From the NCBI GenBank assembly GCA_963790415.1, contig CAWBOK010000003.1, positions 607,273 through 671,272 of the forward strand: 64,000 bases of DNA. Direction: 5' to 3'. Of the stretch, positions 1 to 9,675 are shown piece by piece; positions within the stretch are counted from its first letter, which is position 1, and each line of letters opens with the position of its first letter. Both the position numbers and the translations under genes were made by a program. The notes beneath the pieces were generated by a model that was given only the letters and a program-made list of their open reading frames with translations, searched no databases and had not been told where the DNA came from. Origin of the DNA: an uncultured Actinomycetota bacterium (lineage in GTDB: Bacteria > Actinomycetota > Thermoleophilia > RBG-16-64-13).

Positions 1-31
1 CAAGACCGCGCAGTGTGGGCATTGCGGCAGC

Positions 32-1042
32 CTATCCGCTGGGGACCGTCACGGTGTCGACCACCCGCTGGATGATGCTCTCGGCTGTCTGGCCGTGCAG
101 CCTGCCATCGGGGGAGAGGATGACTCTGTGAGAGAGGACCCTCACCGCCAGGTCTTTGATGTCTTTGGGCACGACGAAGTCACGCGCCCGCAGAAGGGCC
201 AGCGCTTTGGCCGCCCGCAGCAAGGAGATGCCGGCCCGCGGGCTCGCGCCCAGATACAGGTGGGCCTCCGCCCGGGTGGCCGTGAGCAGATCGATCACAT
301 AGCGACGCACCGCGGGAGCCGTCTTCACGCGGATGGTGGCGTTGATCATGCTCAGCACTTGTTCGGCCGTGACCACGGAGCGCAGGCGCTCAAGCGGGTC
401 GCCCGAGGTCTGGTCCGCCAAGAGAGAGGCCTCCTCGTCGGGTGACGGGTAGCCCAAGGACAGCTTCATCATGAACCGGTCGAGTTGGGCCTCCGGGAGG
501 GGGAACGTGCCTTCGTACTCGATGGGGTTCTGGGTGGCGATCACCATGAACGGGGGCTCGATGAGGCGCGTGACGGCGTCGACGGTGGCCTGGCGCTCTT
601 GCATGCACTCGAGCAGGCTCGATTGGGTCTTGGGGGAGGCTCGGTTGATCTCGTCGGCCAGCACGACGTTCGCGAAGATGGGCCCGGGCCGGAATTCGAA
701 TTCGCTGGTCTTCTGGTTGAAGATGTTCACTCCCGTGACATCGCTCGGCAGGAGGTCGGGGGTGAACTGGACCCGGGCGAAGCGGCAGTGGATCGAGAGC
801 GCGAGGGTCTTGGCCAGCATCGTCTTGCCGACGCCTGGAAAATCCTCGAGCATGACATGACCGCCGGCCAGGAGCGCGACCACGCAACTCTCCACGACTT
901 CCTGCTTGTCGCGGATGACCGTGCCCACGTTCGTGACCACCACGCGGGCGAGGCGCCCCACCTCTTCGATGTCCGTCTCGCGCAGGCCGAGGGCAGGCAC
1001 GCTCTCTTCGGAGCCCTCGATCGAGTCGTTCGGCATGGTCAA
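32..1042 (-). CDS. MoxR-family AAA+ ATPase
   Basis: 336-aa ORF; Walker A GVGKT, Walker B LADEINRA, MoxR-like length; start overlaps stop of upstream gene (ATGA). Confidence 0.9.
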   Translation of the reverse strand: MTMPNDSIEGSEESVPALGLRETDIEEVGRLARVVVTNVGTVIRDKQEVVESCVVALLAGGHVMLEDFPGVGKTMLAKTLALSIHCRFARVQFTPDLLPSDVTGVNIFNQKTSEFEFRPGPIFANVVLADEINRASPKTQSSLLECMQERQATVDAVTRLIEPPFMVIATQNPIEYEGTFPLPEAQLDRFMMKLSLGYPSPDEEASLLADQTSGDPLERLRSVVTAEQVLSMINATIRVKTAPAVRRYVIDLLTATRAEAHLYLGASPRAGISLLRAAKALALLRARDFVVPKDIKDLAVRVLSHRVILSPDGRLHGQTAESIIQRVVDTVTVPSG

Positions 1043-2193
1043 CTCCTCACGGTTGCCTTTGCTGCGATCTCAGTGCACGCTTCGATGGCAGCGTCGATAT
1101 CCGCCGACACGGTGGCGTACCCGATGCTGAGACGGACGAGGCCTGTGTCGAGGGTTCCCGCCACGCGGTGGGCGGCGGGAGCGCAGTGGAGCCCTGCCCG
1201 GGCGGCGATGCCGAACGCGCGGTCGAGCACGAAGGCGGCTTCGGTAGACGCCAGACCGCGGAAGGCCAACGAGACGACCGGGGCCGCGGGTTGTCCGGGT
1301 CGCGCGCCGTAGAGCCGGATGCCCTCGATCTCGGCGAGAGCGCTCCGCAGGCGCTGCGCATGTGTGTCTTCGCGGGCTCCGATCGTTTCCACCCCCTGGC
1401 TGAGCACCACGCCGACGCCGGCGGTCAGCCCCGCTATTCCCGGGGTGTTCGGGGTGCCGGCCTCGTAGCGGTCGGGCAACTCGTCAGGAGGGTCCGGCGA
1501 GGCCGAATCGGTGCCCGAGCCACCTTCTACCAGGGTGTCGAGATCCAAGTCCGGGCCCACGTAGAGCGCGCCGACTCCCTGTGGCCCCAGCAGTCCTTTG
1601 TGTCCCGGCAGGGCGAGGAGATCGATGCACATGCGCTCCACGTCGAGCGTGCGGGATCCCGCGGTCTGGGAAGCATCCACGAGGAGAGGCACGCCTCGCT
1701 CGCGCAGTGCCGGGCCCACCTCCTCGATCGGAAGCAGTGTTCCGAGCACGTTCGAGGCGTGCGTGAGCGCGACGAGCCGGGTGTCCGGCCTGAGCGCGGC
1801 CAGGACGTCGTCGGGGTCGGTGCTGCCGTCCGTTGAGCAGGGCACCTCCGTGACCCGCACGCCGAGATTCTTCAGTGTTTCCAGCGGGCGTACTACGGCG
1901 TTGTGCTCTATCGACGAGGTGACCACGTGGCCTCCCCCGCCGAGCAGTCCCTTCAACGCCAGGTTCAGCGCGTGGGTGGCGTTCAGCGCGAAGACCACTC
2001 GGGCTTCGTCGCGGATGCCGCAGAGCGTGGCGATCGCCCGGCGGGCCCGCAACAGCACGCGCCCCGCCTCGAGCGCCGTGTCATACGCACCTCGGCCGGG
2101 ATTGGCACAGATGGAGGTGAGGGCGTGCTCGACAGCCTCCACCACTTCGGGCGGCTTGGGACAAGAGGTGGCTGCGTTGTCAAGATATATCAT
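1039..2193 (-). CDS. class V aminotransferase / cysteine desulfurase family protein
   Basis: 384 aa; N-terminal IYLDNAATS, PLP-lysine context PGHKGLLGPQG, C-terminal GLHCAP active-site Cys loop. Confidence 0.85.
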   Translation of the reverse strand: MIYLDNAATSCPKPPEVVEAVEHALTSICANPGRGAYDTALEAGRVLLRARRAIATLCGIRDEARVVFALNATHALNLALKGLLGGGGHVVTSSIEHNAVVRPLETLKNLGVRVTEVPCSTDGSTDPDDVLAALRPDTRLVALTHASNVLGTLLPIEEVGPALRERGVPLLVDASQTAGSRTLDVERMCIDLLALPGHKGLLGPQGVGALYVGPDLDLDTLVEGGSGTDSASPDPPDELPDRYEAGTPNTPGIAGLTAGVGVVLSQGVETIGAREDTHAQRLRSALAEIEGIRLYGARPGQPAAPVVSLAFRGLASTEAAFVLDRAFGIAARAGLHCAPAAHRVAGTLDTGLVRLSIGYATVSADIDAAIEACTEIAAKATVRS

Positions 2194-2337
2194 GGGCTAT
2201 GGGCTCAAATGGCCACGGTCGGCGGCCTCGGGTCCCAGAAGCAGGCGACGTGTAGGGGGATTGTACCAAGGCGCATCAGAGGTCGTCCTGCCTACCGGTG
2301 CTGAGGGCGACTCTGGCGACCTCGCGACGTTTCGGCC

Positions 2338-2976
2338 CTATTCCGCCGTCGTCTTCTCCACAAGCGTCTTCAGGTCGTCCGGGAGTCTCCATGCCTGGGC
2401 CCCGCGGATAAGCGTGTCGCCCTCCAAGTCGAGGGCGAACGTGTAGGTGGTGCGGTCCGCCATCACGACGGTCAGCGAGGGGCCGAGTTCTTCCTGAGGC
2501 AGCGTCGTCCGCCCCGGCGGCGGAGAGGAGACTGCCGTCTCCCGTGCACCTGCCAACGCGGCGACCAGGGTCGCGAACCCCGCCGAATCGTGAGCCAAGA
2601 GGTAGCTGCGCAGGCCGCTCGGAGTCTCGAGAGTCAGGCTGATGAACTTGGCGTCACCGAATCCGGTGAAGTCGACCGGGGCATCGGCCTCCGTGAAGTC
2701 ATAGGGCGAAGTCACCGCAGGCCCGGGAGAATCGGAGGTGGCGGTAGAGTCCCCCGGAGCCCCGCCTCCTCGGGTGACCAGCACGATCAGGAGGGCGACC
2801 GCGAAGATGAGGACCACGCCCGCTCCCGCCCAGGCGAAGGTGCGTCTCAATGCGCGATCTCTTGCGGTGGTCTTCGCAGGTTGGTGATCACGGCCCGCTC
2901 CTTGAAGTTCGGGTTCTTCCGCACTAGACTTGCGCCTCTTGAAAGGCTGTGACGGGAACGAGTCGGAGTCCCTCAT
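2338..2976 (-). CDS. hypothetical membrane-anchored protein
   Basis: ORF-track frame 2338..3222; start taken at internal ATG 2976 because the longer form overlaps the ileS leader; one TM helix (WAGAGVVLIFAVALLIVLV) then an extracytoplasmic domain. Confidence 0.45.
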   Translation of the reverse strand: MRDSDSFPSQPFKRRKSSAEEPELQGAGRDHQPAKTTARDRALRRTFAWAGAGVVLIFAVALLIVLVTRGGGAPGDSTATSDSPGPAVTSPYDFTEADAPVDFTGFGDAKFISLTLETPSGLRSYLLAHDSAGFATLVAALAGARETAVSSPPPGRTTLPQEELGPSLTVVMADRTTYTFALDLEGDTLIRGAQAWRLPDDLKTLVEKTTAE

Positions 2977-3220
2977 CCGAAGTGCGGGCGAGGGGCGGTG
3001 CGGGCCCGTCAGCGAGAGCTTACTCCAGCTATGGGGCAGGGTCCAGATGCGGTGCCACGTGCGCCGCGGCCTTTTGCATGCCGGTGCGGTGGGCGCCGAG
3101 GCGGGGTCCGTGTGTTTCTGGTGCGGCCCGGCTCGGCCGTCGTTGCCGGAGGGTGTGACACGGTCCCGGCGCACGAGCGCCGCCTGTGTGGGCGGCCGAC
3201 GGCGTCGGAAGGAGGAGTGC

Positions 3221-6200
3221 ATGAGTGATCACGGCCCTGCCTGCCGCCACGATGTAGACCGGCTGTACCGGCCGGTGGATCCCGGCCAGAGCTTCCCGGC
3301 TCTAGAGGAGCGCGTCCTCGCCTGGTGGAGAGAGCACCGCATCTTCGAGAAGAGCGTGGAGCTCCGTCAAGGCAGGCCCGAGTGGGTGTTCTACGAGGGC
3401 CCCCCCACCGCCAACGGGAAGCCGGGCGCGCACCACGTGCTCGCCCGCATCTTCAAGGACATCTACCCGCGGTTCCGCACCATGAGGGGCAACTTCGTGG
3501 CCCGCAAAGCCGGTTGGGACTGCCACGGCCTCCCGGTGGAGCTGGAGATCGAGAAGCGCCTCGGCATGAGCAGCAAGGACGACATCGAGGCCTACGGCAT
3601 CGCCGAGTTCAACCGGCTATGCAAGGAGTCGGTCACGGAGTATGTGGACGACTGGAAGCGTCTGACCGAACGCATCGGCTTTTGGATCGACCTCGACGAC
3701 GCCTATTGGACCATGACCGACGACTACATCGAGTCGGAGTGGTGGATCCTCGCGGACTTCTGGAAGAAGGGTCTGCTCGACCAAGACTACAAGGTCGTGC
3801 CCTATTGCCCGCGATGCGGCACCGCCCTGTCGTCGCACGAATTGGCCATGGGCTACAAAGACGTCATCGACCCCTCCATCTACGTGCGCTTCCCGCTCCT
3901 CGGGGCCGATGCCGGTGGCGACGCCACCCAGGCCGGCGCCTCCGGTGCGCCCGAGGAGCGTACCAGCCTGCTGGTCTGGACCACGACGCCGTGGACGCTC
4001 GTCTCGAACGTAGCCGCCGCCGTGGGCGAGCGCGTGACCTACGCGCGGGCCCGCCTCGACGGCGAGAGTCTCATCCTGGCCGCCGACCTGGTGGAGAGCG
4101 TTCTGGGGTCCGAGGCCGAAGTGCTGGAGACGTTTCTGGGCACGGAACTCCTCGGGCGCCGTTACGCTCCCCCGTTCAACTTCGTCGCGCCGGGGAAACC
4201 GGCCTGGCGGGTCGTCGCCGGCGACTTCGTCAGCACCGCCGAGGGTACGGGCATCGTGCATATCGCGCCGGCCTTCGGAGCCGACGACATGGCTGTGGGC
4301 CGAGCCAACGACCTGCCGGTGATCATGCCCGTGGACGACGAGGTGAGGTTCACCGACCAGGTGCCTCCCTACGCCGGGCGGTTCGTCAAGGACGCCGACG
4401 AGAGCATCATCGTCGATCTCGACGAAGCCGGCATCCTCTTCTCCCGCCGGCCGTACTCGCATAGCTATCCTCACTGCTGGCGCTGCGACACGCCCCTGAT
4501 CTACTACGCGAAGACCGCCTGGTACGTACGCACTACCGCCCGCAAGGCCGATCTGCTCGCCTCCAACGAGGAGGTCAACTGGTATCCCGAGCACATCAAG
4601 CACGGCAGGTTCGGGGATTGGCTCGAGAACAACATCGACTGGTCGCTCTCGCGCGAGCGCTACTGGGGCACACCGCTTCCCGTCTGGCAGTGCGCGCAGG
4701 GACACGATCACTGCGTGGGGTCCCGCGCCGAACTGGCCGAGCTGTCCGGGCGAGACCTGACGGGTATGGAGCTGCACCGACCCTATGTGGACGAGGTCCA
4801 CTTCCCCTGCCCCACCTGCGGCTCTGACGCGAAGCGGGTGCCCGAGGTGATCGACGCCTGGTTCGATTCGGGTTCTATGCCCGTCGCGCAGTGGCACCAG
4901 CCCTTCGACAACCGGGAGGTCTTCGAGCGGCGGTTCCCGGCGGACTTCATCTGCGAGGCGATCGACCAGACTCGTGGATGGTTCTACAGCCTCATCGCGA
5001 TCAGCGCACTGCTCTACGGCCATTCGAGTTACCGCAACGTGGTCTGCTTGGGCCACATCCTCGACGCCGACGGACGCAAGATGTCGAAGCGCCTGGGCAA
5101 CATCGTCGACCCGTGGAGCATCCTCGACACACAGGGCGCCGACGCCCTGCGCTGGTATCTCTTCACGGTGAGCTCCCCCTGGTTCGCCCGTCGCTTCAGC
5201 CCGGATGCCATCGACGAGGTCATCCGCAAGTTCGTGCTAACCCTGTGGAACACCTACTCGTTCTACACGCTCTACGCCAACATCGACCAGTTCGACCCAA
5301 GAACGCACGATGTTCCCGTCGCCGAGCGCACGCTGATGGATCGGTGGATACTGGCCGAGTTGCATCTGCTTACACGCACGGTGAGCGACGGACTCGAGAA
5401 CTACGACGCCTTCTCCACCGGGCGCGCTATCAACGAGTTCGTGGACGAACTCTCCAACTGGTACGTACGCCGCTCGCGGCGGCGTTTCTGGAAGAGCGAA
5501 TCGGACACCGACAAAGTGGCCGCCTACCTTACGCTCTACGAGTGCCTGGCCACCTTGGCGCAGCTGCTGGCGCCCTACATGCCCTTCATGGCCGAGGAGT
5601 TGCACCAGAACCTGGTGGGTGAACGCTATGCCGACGCTCCCGAGTCGGTGCATCTCTGCGATTGGCCTGAGGCCGACGCCGCGCTTATCGACGAGGACCT
5701 CAGCTTCCGGATGGGCGTCGCGCGCAAAGCCGTCAACCTGGGGCGGTCCGCCCGCATGGCGGCTCAGCTCAAGGTCCGTCAGCCGTTGGCTACGGCGCTG
5801 GTGTCGTGCGACGCGCGCCGGCGGGCGGCGTTGGAGAGCTTGAGCGACGTGGTGACCGAGGAGCTCAACGTCAAAGAGCTGGCCTTCGTGGACTCTGCCA
5901 CCGACCTGGTGAGCTTCCAGGTCAAGGCCAACTACCGCACGCTCGGGCCTCGGTTCGGAAAGGCCATGCCGGAGGCGGCCGCTGCTGTGGCGGCCCTTGA
6001 GGGGGCCGACGTGGCCCGTCGGCTTGCAGCCGCCGAACCTGTGAGGATCGTGGTGGGCGGAACCGAGGAGGAACTCGGCGCGGATGACCTTCTGGTCGAG
6101 ACCCGGCAGCGTGAGGGGTTCGCCGTGGAGCAGGAAGCCGATCTGGTAGTGGGACTCCTCACCACGCTCACGCCGGAACTCCAGCGAGAGGGTCTGGCCC

Positions 6201-6436
6201 GGGAACTGGTGCACCATGTGCAGAACACGCGCAAGGCGGCGGGATTCCGCATCGAGGATCGCATCAGCTTGGTCATCGAGGGCCCCGACGAGGTCGTCGC
6301 CATGCTCGCCGAGTTCGCCGAGTGGGTCAAGCGCGAGACATTGAGCGTCAACATGGTCGCATCTCCGCCCGCGGAAGCCGACGCCGCTCCCGGGGGGGAG
6401 TCCGGCTGGGGGCGCACACAGAGGAGGTCAGCGTGA
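3221..6436 (+). CDS. ileS: isoleucine--tRNA ligase (type 2, long form)
   Basis: 1071 aa from ATG 3221, preceded by GGAAGGAGG; class I signatures GKPGAHH (HIGH-like) and KMSKR (KMSKS); WCISR-like WSLSRERYWG; ORF-track start 2930 is an in-frame upstream extension. Confidence 0.95.
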   Translation: MSDHGPACRHDVDRLYRPVDPGQSFPALEERVLAWWREHRIFEKSVELRQGRPEWVFYEGPPTANGKPGAHHVLARIFKDIYPRFRTMRGNFVARKAGWDCHGLPVELEIEKRLGMSSKDDIEAYGIAEFNRLCKESVTEYVDDWKRLTERIGFWIDLDDAYWTMTDDYIESEWWILADFWKKGLLDQDYKVVPYCPRCGTALSSHELAMGYKDVIDPSIYVRFPLLGADAGGDATQAGASGAPEERTSLLVWTTTPWTLVSNVAAAVGERVTYARARLDGESLILAADLVESVLGSEAEVLETFLGTELLGRRYAPPFNFVAPGKPAWRVVAGDFVSTAEGTGIVHIAPAFGADDMAVGRANDLPVIMPVDDEVRFTDQVPPYAGRFVKDADESIIVDLDEAGILFSRRPYSHSYPHCWRCDTPLIYYAKTAWYVRTTARKADLLASNEEVNWYPEHIKHGRFGDWLENNIDWSLSRERYWGTPLPVWQCAQGHDHCVGSRAELAELSGRDLTGMELHRPYVDEVHFPCPTCGSDAKRVPEVIDAWFDSGSMPVAQWHQPFDNREVFERRFPADFICEAIDQTRGWFYSLIAISALLYGHSSYRNVVCLGHILDADGRKMSKRLGNIVDPWSILDTQGADALRWYLFTVSSPWFARRFSPDAIDEVIRKFVLTLWNTYSFYTLYANIDQFDPRTHDVPVAERTLMDRWILAELHLLTRTVSDGLENYDAFSTGRAINEFVDELSNWYVRRSRRRFWKSESDTDKVAAYLTLYECLATLAQLLAPYMPFMAEELHQNLVGERYADAPESVHLCDWPEADAALIDEDLSFRMGVARKAVNLGRSARMAAQLKVRQPLATALVSCDARRRAALESLSDVVTEELNVKELAFVDSATDLVSFQVKANYRTLGPRFGKAMPEAAAAVAALEGADVARRLAAAEPVRIVVGGTEEELGADDLLVETRQREGFAVEQEADLVVGLLTTLTPELQREGLARELVHHVQNTRKAAGFRIEDRISLVIEGPDEVVAMLAEFAEWVKRETLSVNMVASPPAEADAAPGGESGWGRTQRRSA

Positions 6437-6455
6437 ACGGTCTTGCGGTCCGGAT

Positions 6456-6534
6456 GACCGTCACGCGCGCGGAAGCCTTTTCGGAATGAGGCTTCGCCTT
6501 CAGGGCACGATGGGCACGCGGGAGGCAAGGACGC
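6456..6534. repeat. extragenic repeat copy (shares about 50 nt with 26774..26824)
   Basis: GGAATGAGGCTTCGCCTTCAGGGCACGATGGGCACGCGGGAGGCAAGGACGC versus GGAACGACGCTTCGCCGACAGGGCGCGATGGACAGCGCGAGGCAAGGACGC; lies just 3' of the ileS stop. Confidence 0.6.
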
Positions 6535-6556
6535 TCCACGTTGCGACGAGGAGGAA

Positions 6557-7264
6557 GTGATGAGGCCGATAGAGCAGGAGCCTCTAGCCCAGGCCATCGG
6601 GCTGGCGGCTCCACAGGCTGGGGAGAGAGTGCTCGACCTGAGCGGTCGTGCCGGCACCATCGCGCTGCAGGTCGCCACCACGGCGGCGTCGGTAGAGGCG
6701 GTGCAGCCGGACGCGGACTTGGCGGCGGAGGGCCGTCGGTTGGCGGTGGCGATGGGCCGAGACAACGTCTACTTCCATGCGGGCACCCTGCACAGCCTGC
6801 CGTTCGACAGGGGACAGTTCGATCTCGTGCTCTGCTGTCTGGTACTCGCGCAGGAGCCCAGGCCCGTCGCTGCTCTCACGGAGATCAGGAGGGTGCTTCG
6901 CCCCGGGGGTCGCTTGGTTCTGCAGGAGGTCACCGCGTTCGACCACGCGTCGCTGGACCTTAAGATCTGGGAGCTCGAACGCAGGCGGAATCCCCGGCAC
7001 CTGCTCTATTACACGGAAGAGCAGCTCAGCGCTCTCTTGGCACTCAGTGGTCTCGAAGCGGAGGACGAGGGGCATTCAGGCATGACCCAGGACTTCGACT
7101 ACTGGGCCGACACGGGGAGAGTGTCCGCGGAAGAGGCGGCGATGCTGAAGCGGGTGTTCTTCAATCTACCGTTGGCCGACCAGGATCGCCTCGACTTGGC
7201 GCTCGGCGACGAGCACATCTCGTTCACCTATCCGGTGACCACCGTCCTGGCTCGGGTCCAGTAG
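6557..7264 (+). CDS. class I SAM-dependent methyltransferase
   Basis: 235 aa; motif I VLDLSGRAGT, post-I/II FDLVLCCLVL, RPGGRLVL; GGAGGA RBS before GTGATG start. Confidence 0.8.
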   Translation: MMRPIEQEPLAQAIGLAAPQAGERVLDLSGRAGTIALQVATTAASVEAVQPDADLAAEGRRLAVAMGRDNVYFHAGTLHSLPFDRGQFDLVLCCLVLAQEPRPVAALTEIRRVLRPGGRLVLQEVTAFDHASLDLKIWELERRRNPRHLLYYTEEQLSALLALSGLEAEDEGHSGMTQDFDYWADTGRVSAEEAAMLKRVFFNLPLADQDRLDLALGDEHISFTYPVTTVLARVQ

Positions 7265-7266
7265 CG

Positions 7267-7309
7267 GGCTCGGGCCGCAGGCCGGCAGCGACGGGGCGCG
7301 GCCCGAGCC
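7267..7309. terminator. bidirectional terminator hairpin between convergent genes
   Basis: perfect 12-bp inverted repeat GGCTCGGGCCGC ... GCGGCCCGAGCC (7267-7278 / 7298-7309). Confidence 0.5.
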
Positions 7310-7338
7310 GCGGCGGGGCGCTCACCGGCCGTCGGCCG

Positions 7339-7938
7339 TCAGTTCCCCGTCGGCGTGACAGTGTCGCTGCCCGTGCTCAGATAGCCGACGGTCCATTCGA
7401 GGGCCGCCCTTGATTCGGGAGCCACGGCTCCGATGCCCTGTCGCAAGACACCGTCGGCCTCCGTGTCCCGATGCGTCCGCCATAGGATCTCAGCCAGATT
7501 GACGTAGGGAGCGGGCAGCGTCGGGTCGGTGGTGATCGCCTTCCGGTAGGCCGTCTCGGCGCCCTTCAGGTCCCCCTGGTCGCGCAGGGTGTTGCCAAGA
7601 CGATTGCGCACCACCGCGTCGTCTTTGGTGCGCAAGAGGGCCTCATAGATGGTCTGCGCCTCGTCCAAGCGCCCCAGGTTGTAGAGCGCCAGGGCCAGCC
7701 GCCGCCGGGCGGTGGCGTCGCCGGAATCGGCGGCCCGTTGCAGTCGCGGCAGGAGTTCTGCCCACTCCGCCTTGGAAGTGGTCTCCCGCGGGAGCGGGAT
7801 GGCCCCCGCGGACGCATCACCCGCTGAGTCAAGGGACGGCGTGACGGCATACACGATCGTGCCGGGCGCCGGGGCACTGTCGCGGGTGCGCCACAGGCTG
7901 AGTGGCGTCGCGATGGCCAGTGTCACGAGCAGGGCCAC
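7339..7938 (-). CDS. TPR-repeat protein with N-terminal membrane anchor
   Basis: 199 aa; N-terminal hydrophobic segment; repeated A-x-x-Y-x-x-A-L / G-x-x-x-E-A TPR-type 34-aa units. Confidence 0.7.
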   Translation of the reverse strand: MALLVTLAIATPLSLWRTRDSAPAPGTIVYAVTPSLDSAGDASAGAIPLPRETTSKAEWAELLPRLQRAADSGDATARRRLALALYNLGRLDEAQTIYEALLRTKDDAVVRNRLGNTLRDQGDLKGAETAYRKAITTDPTLPAPYVNLAEILWRTHRDTEADGVLRQGIGAVAPESRAALEWTVGYLSTGSDTVTPTGN

Positions 7939-8027
7939 CAGGGCGATGAGATGGGGCCGGCCACGCGGTGGCCGGCCCCCCGACTCTTCCGGCCCGCGGC
8001 TATCGCCTCGGGCCGGGCCTGGACCGT

Positions 8028-8774
8028 CTACGTCGTGACGGTGGTCTTGGGTTTCAGCAGTGCGGCTTTGACGTCCTTCAGGCGTTGTTGGTCCTCTCCG
8101 GTGGTCTTCGCGATGCCCTCGTCGAGGGTCTTGCTGCCCCCCGCCACGTCGTCCTGACCGAACTGGAGCGTGCCCAGGTTGACATAGGCGACCACAAGGG
8201 CCGGATCCGCCGCGATCGCTGCCCGGTACTCCTTGGTGGCGTCGGCTTCCCGGCCGGCGTCGCGGAGGACGTTCGCCAGGTTGTTGTGGTAGACGGGCTC
8301 GTCCTTGATCTTGATCATCTGCTCATAGGTCGCTATCGCCTCATCGAATCGTTGGGTCTGATACTGGGCGATCGCCAGATCCTGCAGGGCAGTCAGGTCG
8401 CTGGGCGCGGCCTTTACCTTCTCCTGCAGCGCGGGTAGATCGGTCTCGTACTGGCCTTGGGTCTTGCCGCCGACTGGCACGGTCTGGATGATCGAGGTGT
8501 TGGTCGACGACGGTGGACTCACCACGACGCCGGTGCTGGGCGTGGTCGACGGCTTCTGCAGACCGGTCACGGGCGGTGTTCCTCCCGCCGTCTCGGTCGC
8601 CGACGCTGTGGTGGCGCCCGTGGCACCGCTGGATGTGGTGCTCTTGGAACTCGTGCAGCCGACGATGGCGAAGGTCAATGCCACGCCCACCACGGCGGCG
8701 GCCAAGGCCAGTCGACGTCTCCTCCTGAGACCTCGCATCCCAAAGGAACCTCTCGAATCGTGCGTTGACATCAT
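8028..8774 (-). CDS. TPR-repeat lipoprotein
   Basis: 248 aa; signal peptide with lipobox-like AIVGC, Ser/Thr/Pro linker, C-terminal TPR units (AIATYEQMI, YHNNLANVLRDAGR). Confidence 0.7.
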   Translation of the reverse strand: MMSTHDSRGSFGMRGLRRRRRLALAAAVVGVALTFAIVGCTSSKSTTSSGATGATTASATETAGGTPPVTGLQKPSTTPSTGVVVSPPSSTNTSIIQTVPVGGKTQGQYETDLPALQEKVKAAPSDLTALQDLAIAQYQTQRFDEAIATYEQMIKIKDEPVYHNNLANVLRDAGREADATKEYRAAIAADPALVVAYVNLGTLQFGQDDVAGGSKTLDEGIAKTTGEDQQRLKDVKAALLKPKTTVTT

Positions 8775-9675
8775 GTGTCTCCTCTCTCCCTTTCCGGGGG
8801 CGCGTCCGGCACGAATACCTGGAGCGCGCGCTGTTCGATGATTGCGGTGACCGGCAATGCTCCGGCAAATTCTCCGTCGGTCTGGAACCAGACGGTGGTG
8901 TCCGCTTCGAGCGGACGGAGTGTGACCTTCGCGCCTCTCAGGTAGGTCACCCCGGGATGTCCGAGGTGTAGCTCCAGTGGCACGCCCATCCAGAAGAGCG
9001 CATCCGAAGCGATGTTCTGTCCGTAGTAGACCAGCACATCGAGGGCCCCATCAGTGGGATCGGCCTGGGTCGTGACCCCGAACCGTCCCCCGTAGAAGTG
9101 CGAGTTCCCCACAACGGCGAACGTAGCCTGGAACGAGTGACCATCGACCTCCACCTCGAAGTCCGGCTGGGGGTGCCGGATGCGCGAGAGGACTCCGGTG
9201 GACACGAATGCCAGTCGGCCGAAGCGGCGCTTGGCCAGCGGGTCGAGTTCGCGCACGGTCATCGCGTCGATCCCGGCGCCGAGCATCAGCGCGAATCGCC
9301 GTCCGTTGGCGTTACCCAGATCGAGAGACGCCGTACGGCCTGCCGCGATCACGTCGCACGCCCTGTCGGCAGCGAAGGGGATGTTCAATTCGAGGGCGAG
9401 AACGTTGACGGTGCCCGCCGGCACGATGCCGAGCGGTACGTCGGTGCCGGCCAGACCGTTGACCACCTCGTTCACGGTGCCGTCCCCCCCACCGCGACGA
9501 CGACGTCGACCTCTCCCGCGAGTTCTCGAGTGATGTCGGTCCCTTCCCCGGAAGCGGACGTGTTGCGCACGGTCGCCTCGATGCCCCGGGCGCGCAGGCG
9601 TGAGTGGGCATGGGCCGCGGCCGCGACCGCCTTGCCCCCCCCGGCGGATGGGTTACACACGAGGCCCACGCGCAT
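8771..9675 (-). pseudogene. diacylglycerol/lipid kinase (LCB5/YegS type), frame broken in a homopolymer
   Basis: N-terminal 67 aa (MRVGLVCNPSAGGG...VVVAVGG) and C-terminal 234 aa (NEVVNGL...GIVPAGTVN) are in different frames; the invariant GGDGT motif is split by a C7 run on the + strand at 9484-9490; one extra base restores VAVGGDGTVNEVVNGL. Confidence 0.8.

Noticed and set aside
3617-5056. 479-aa ORF on the minus strand inside ileS
   Set aside because: Antisense shadow ORF typical of high-GC DNA. It has an Arg/Gly/Pro/Val-rich composition and no motifs, and it lies fully inside a well-supported gene.
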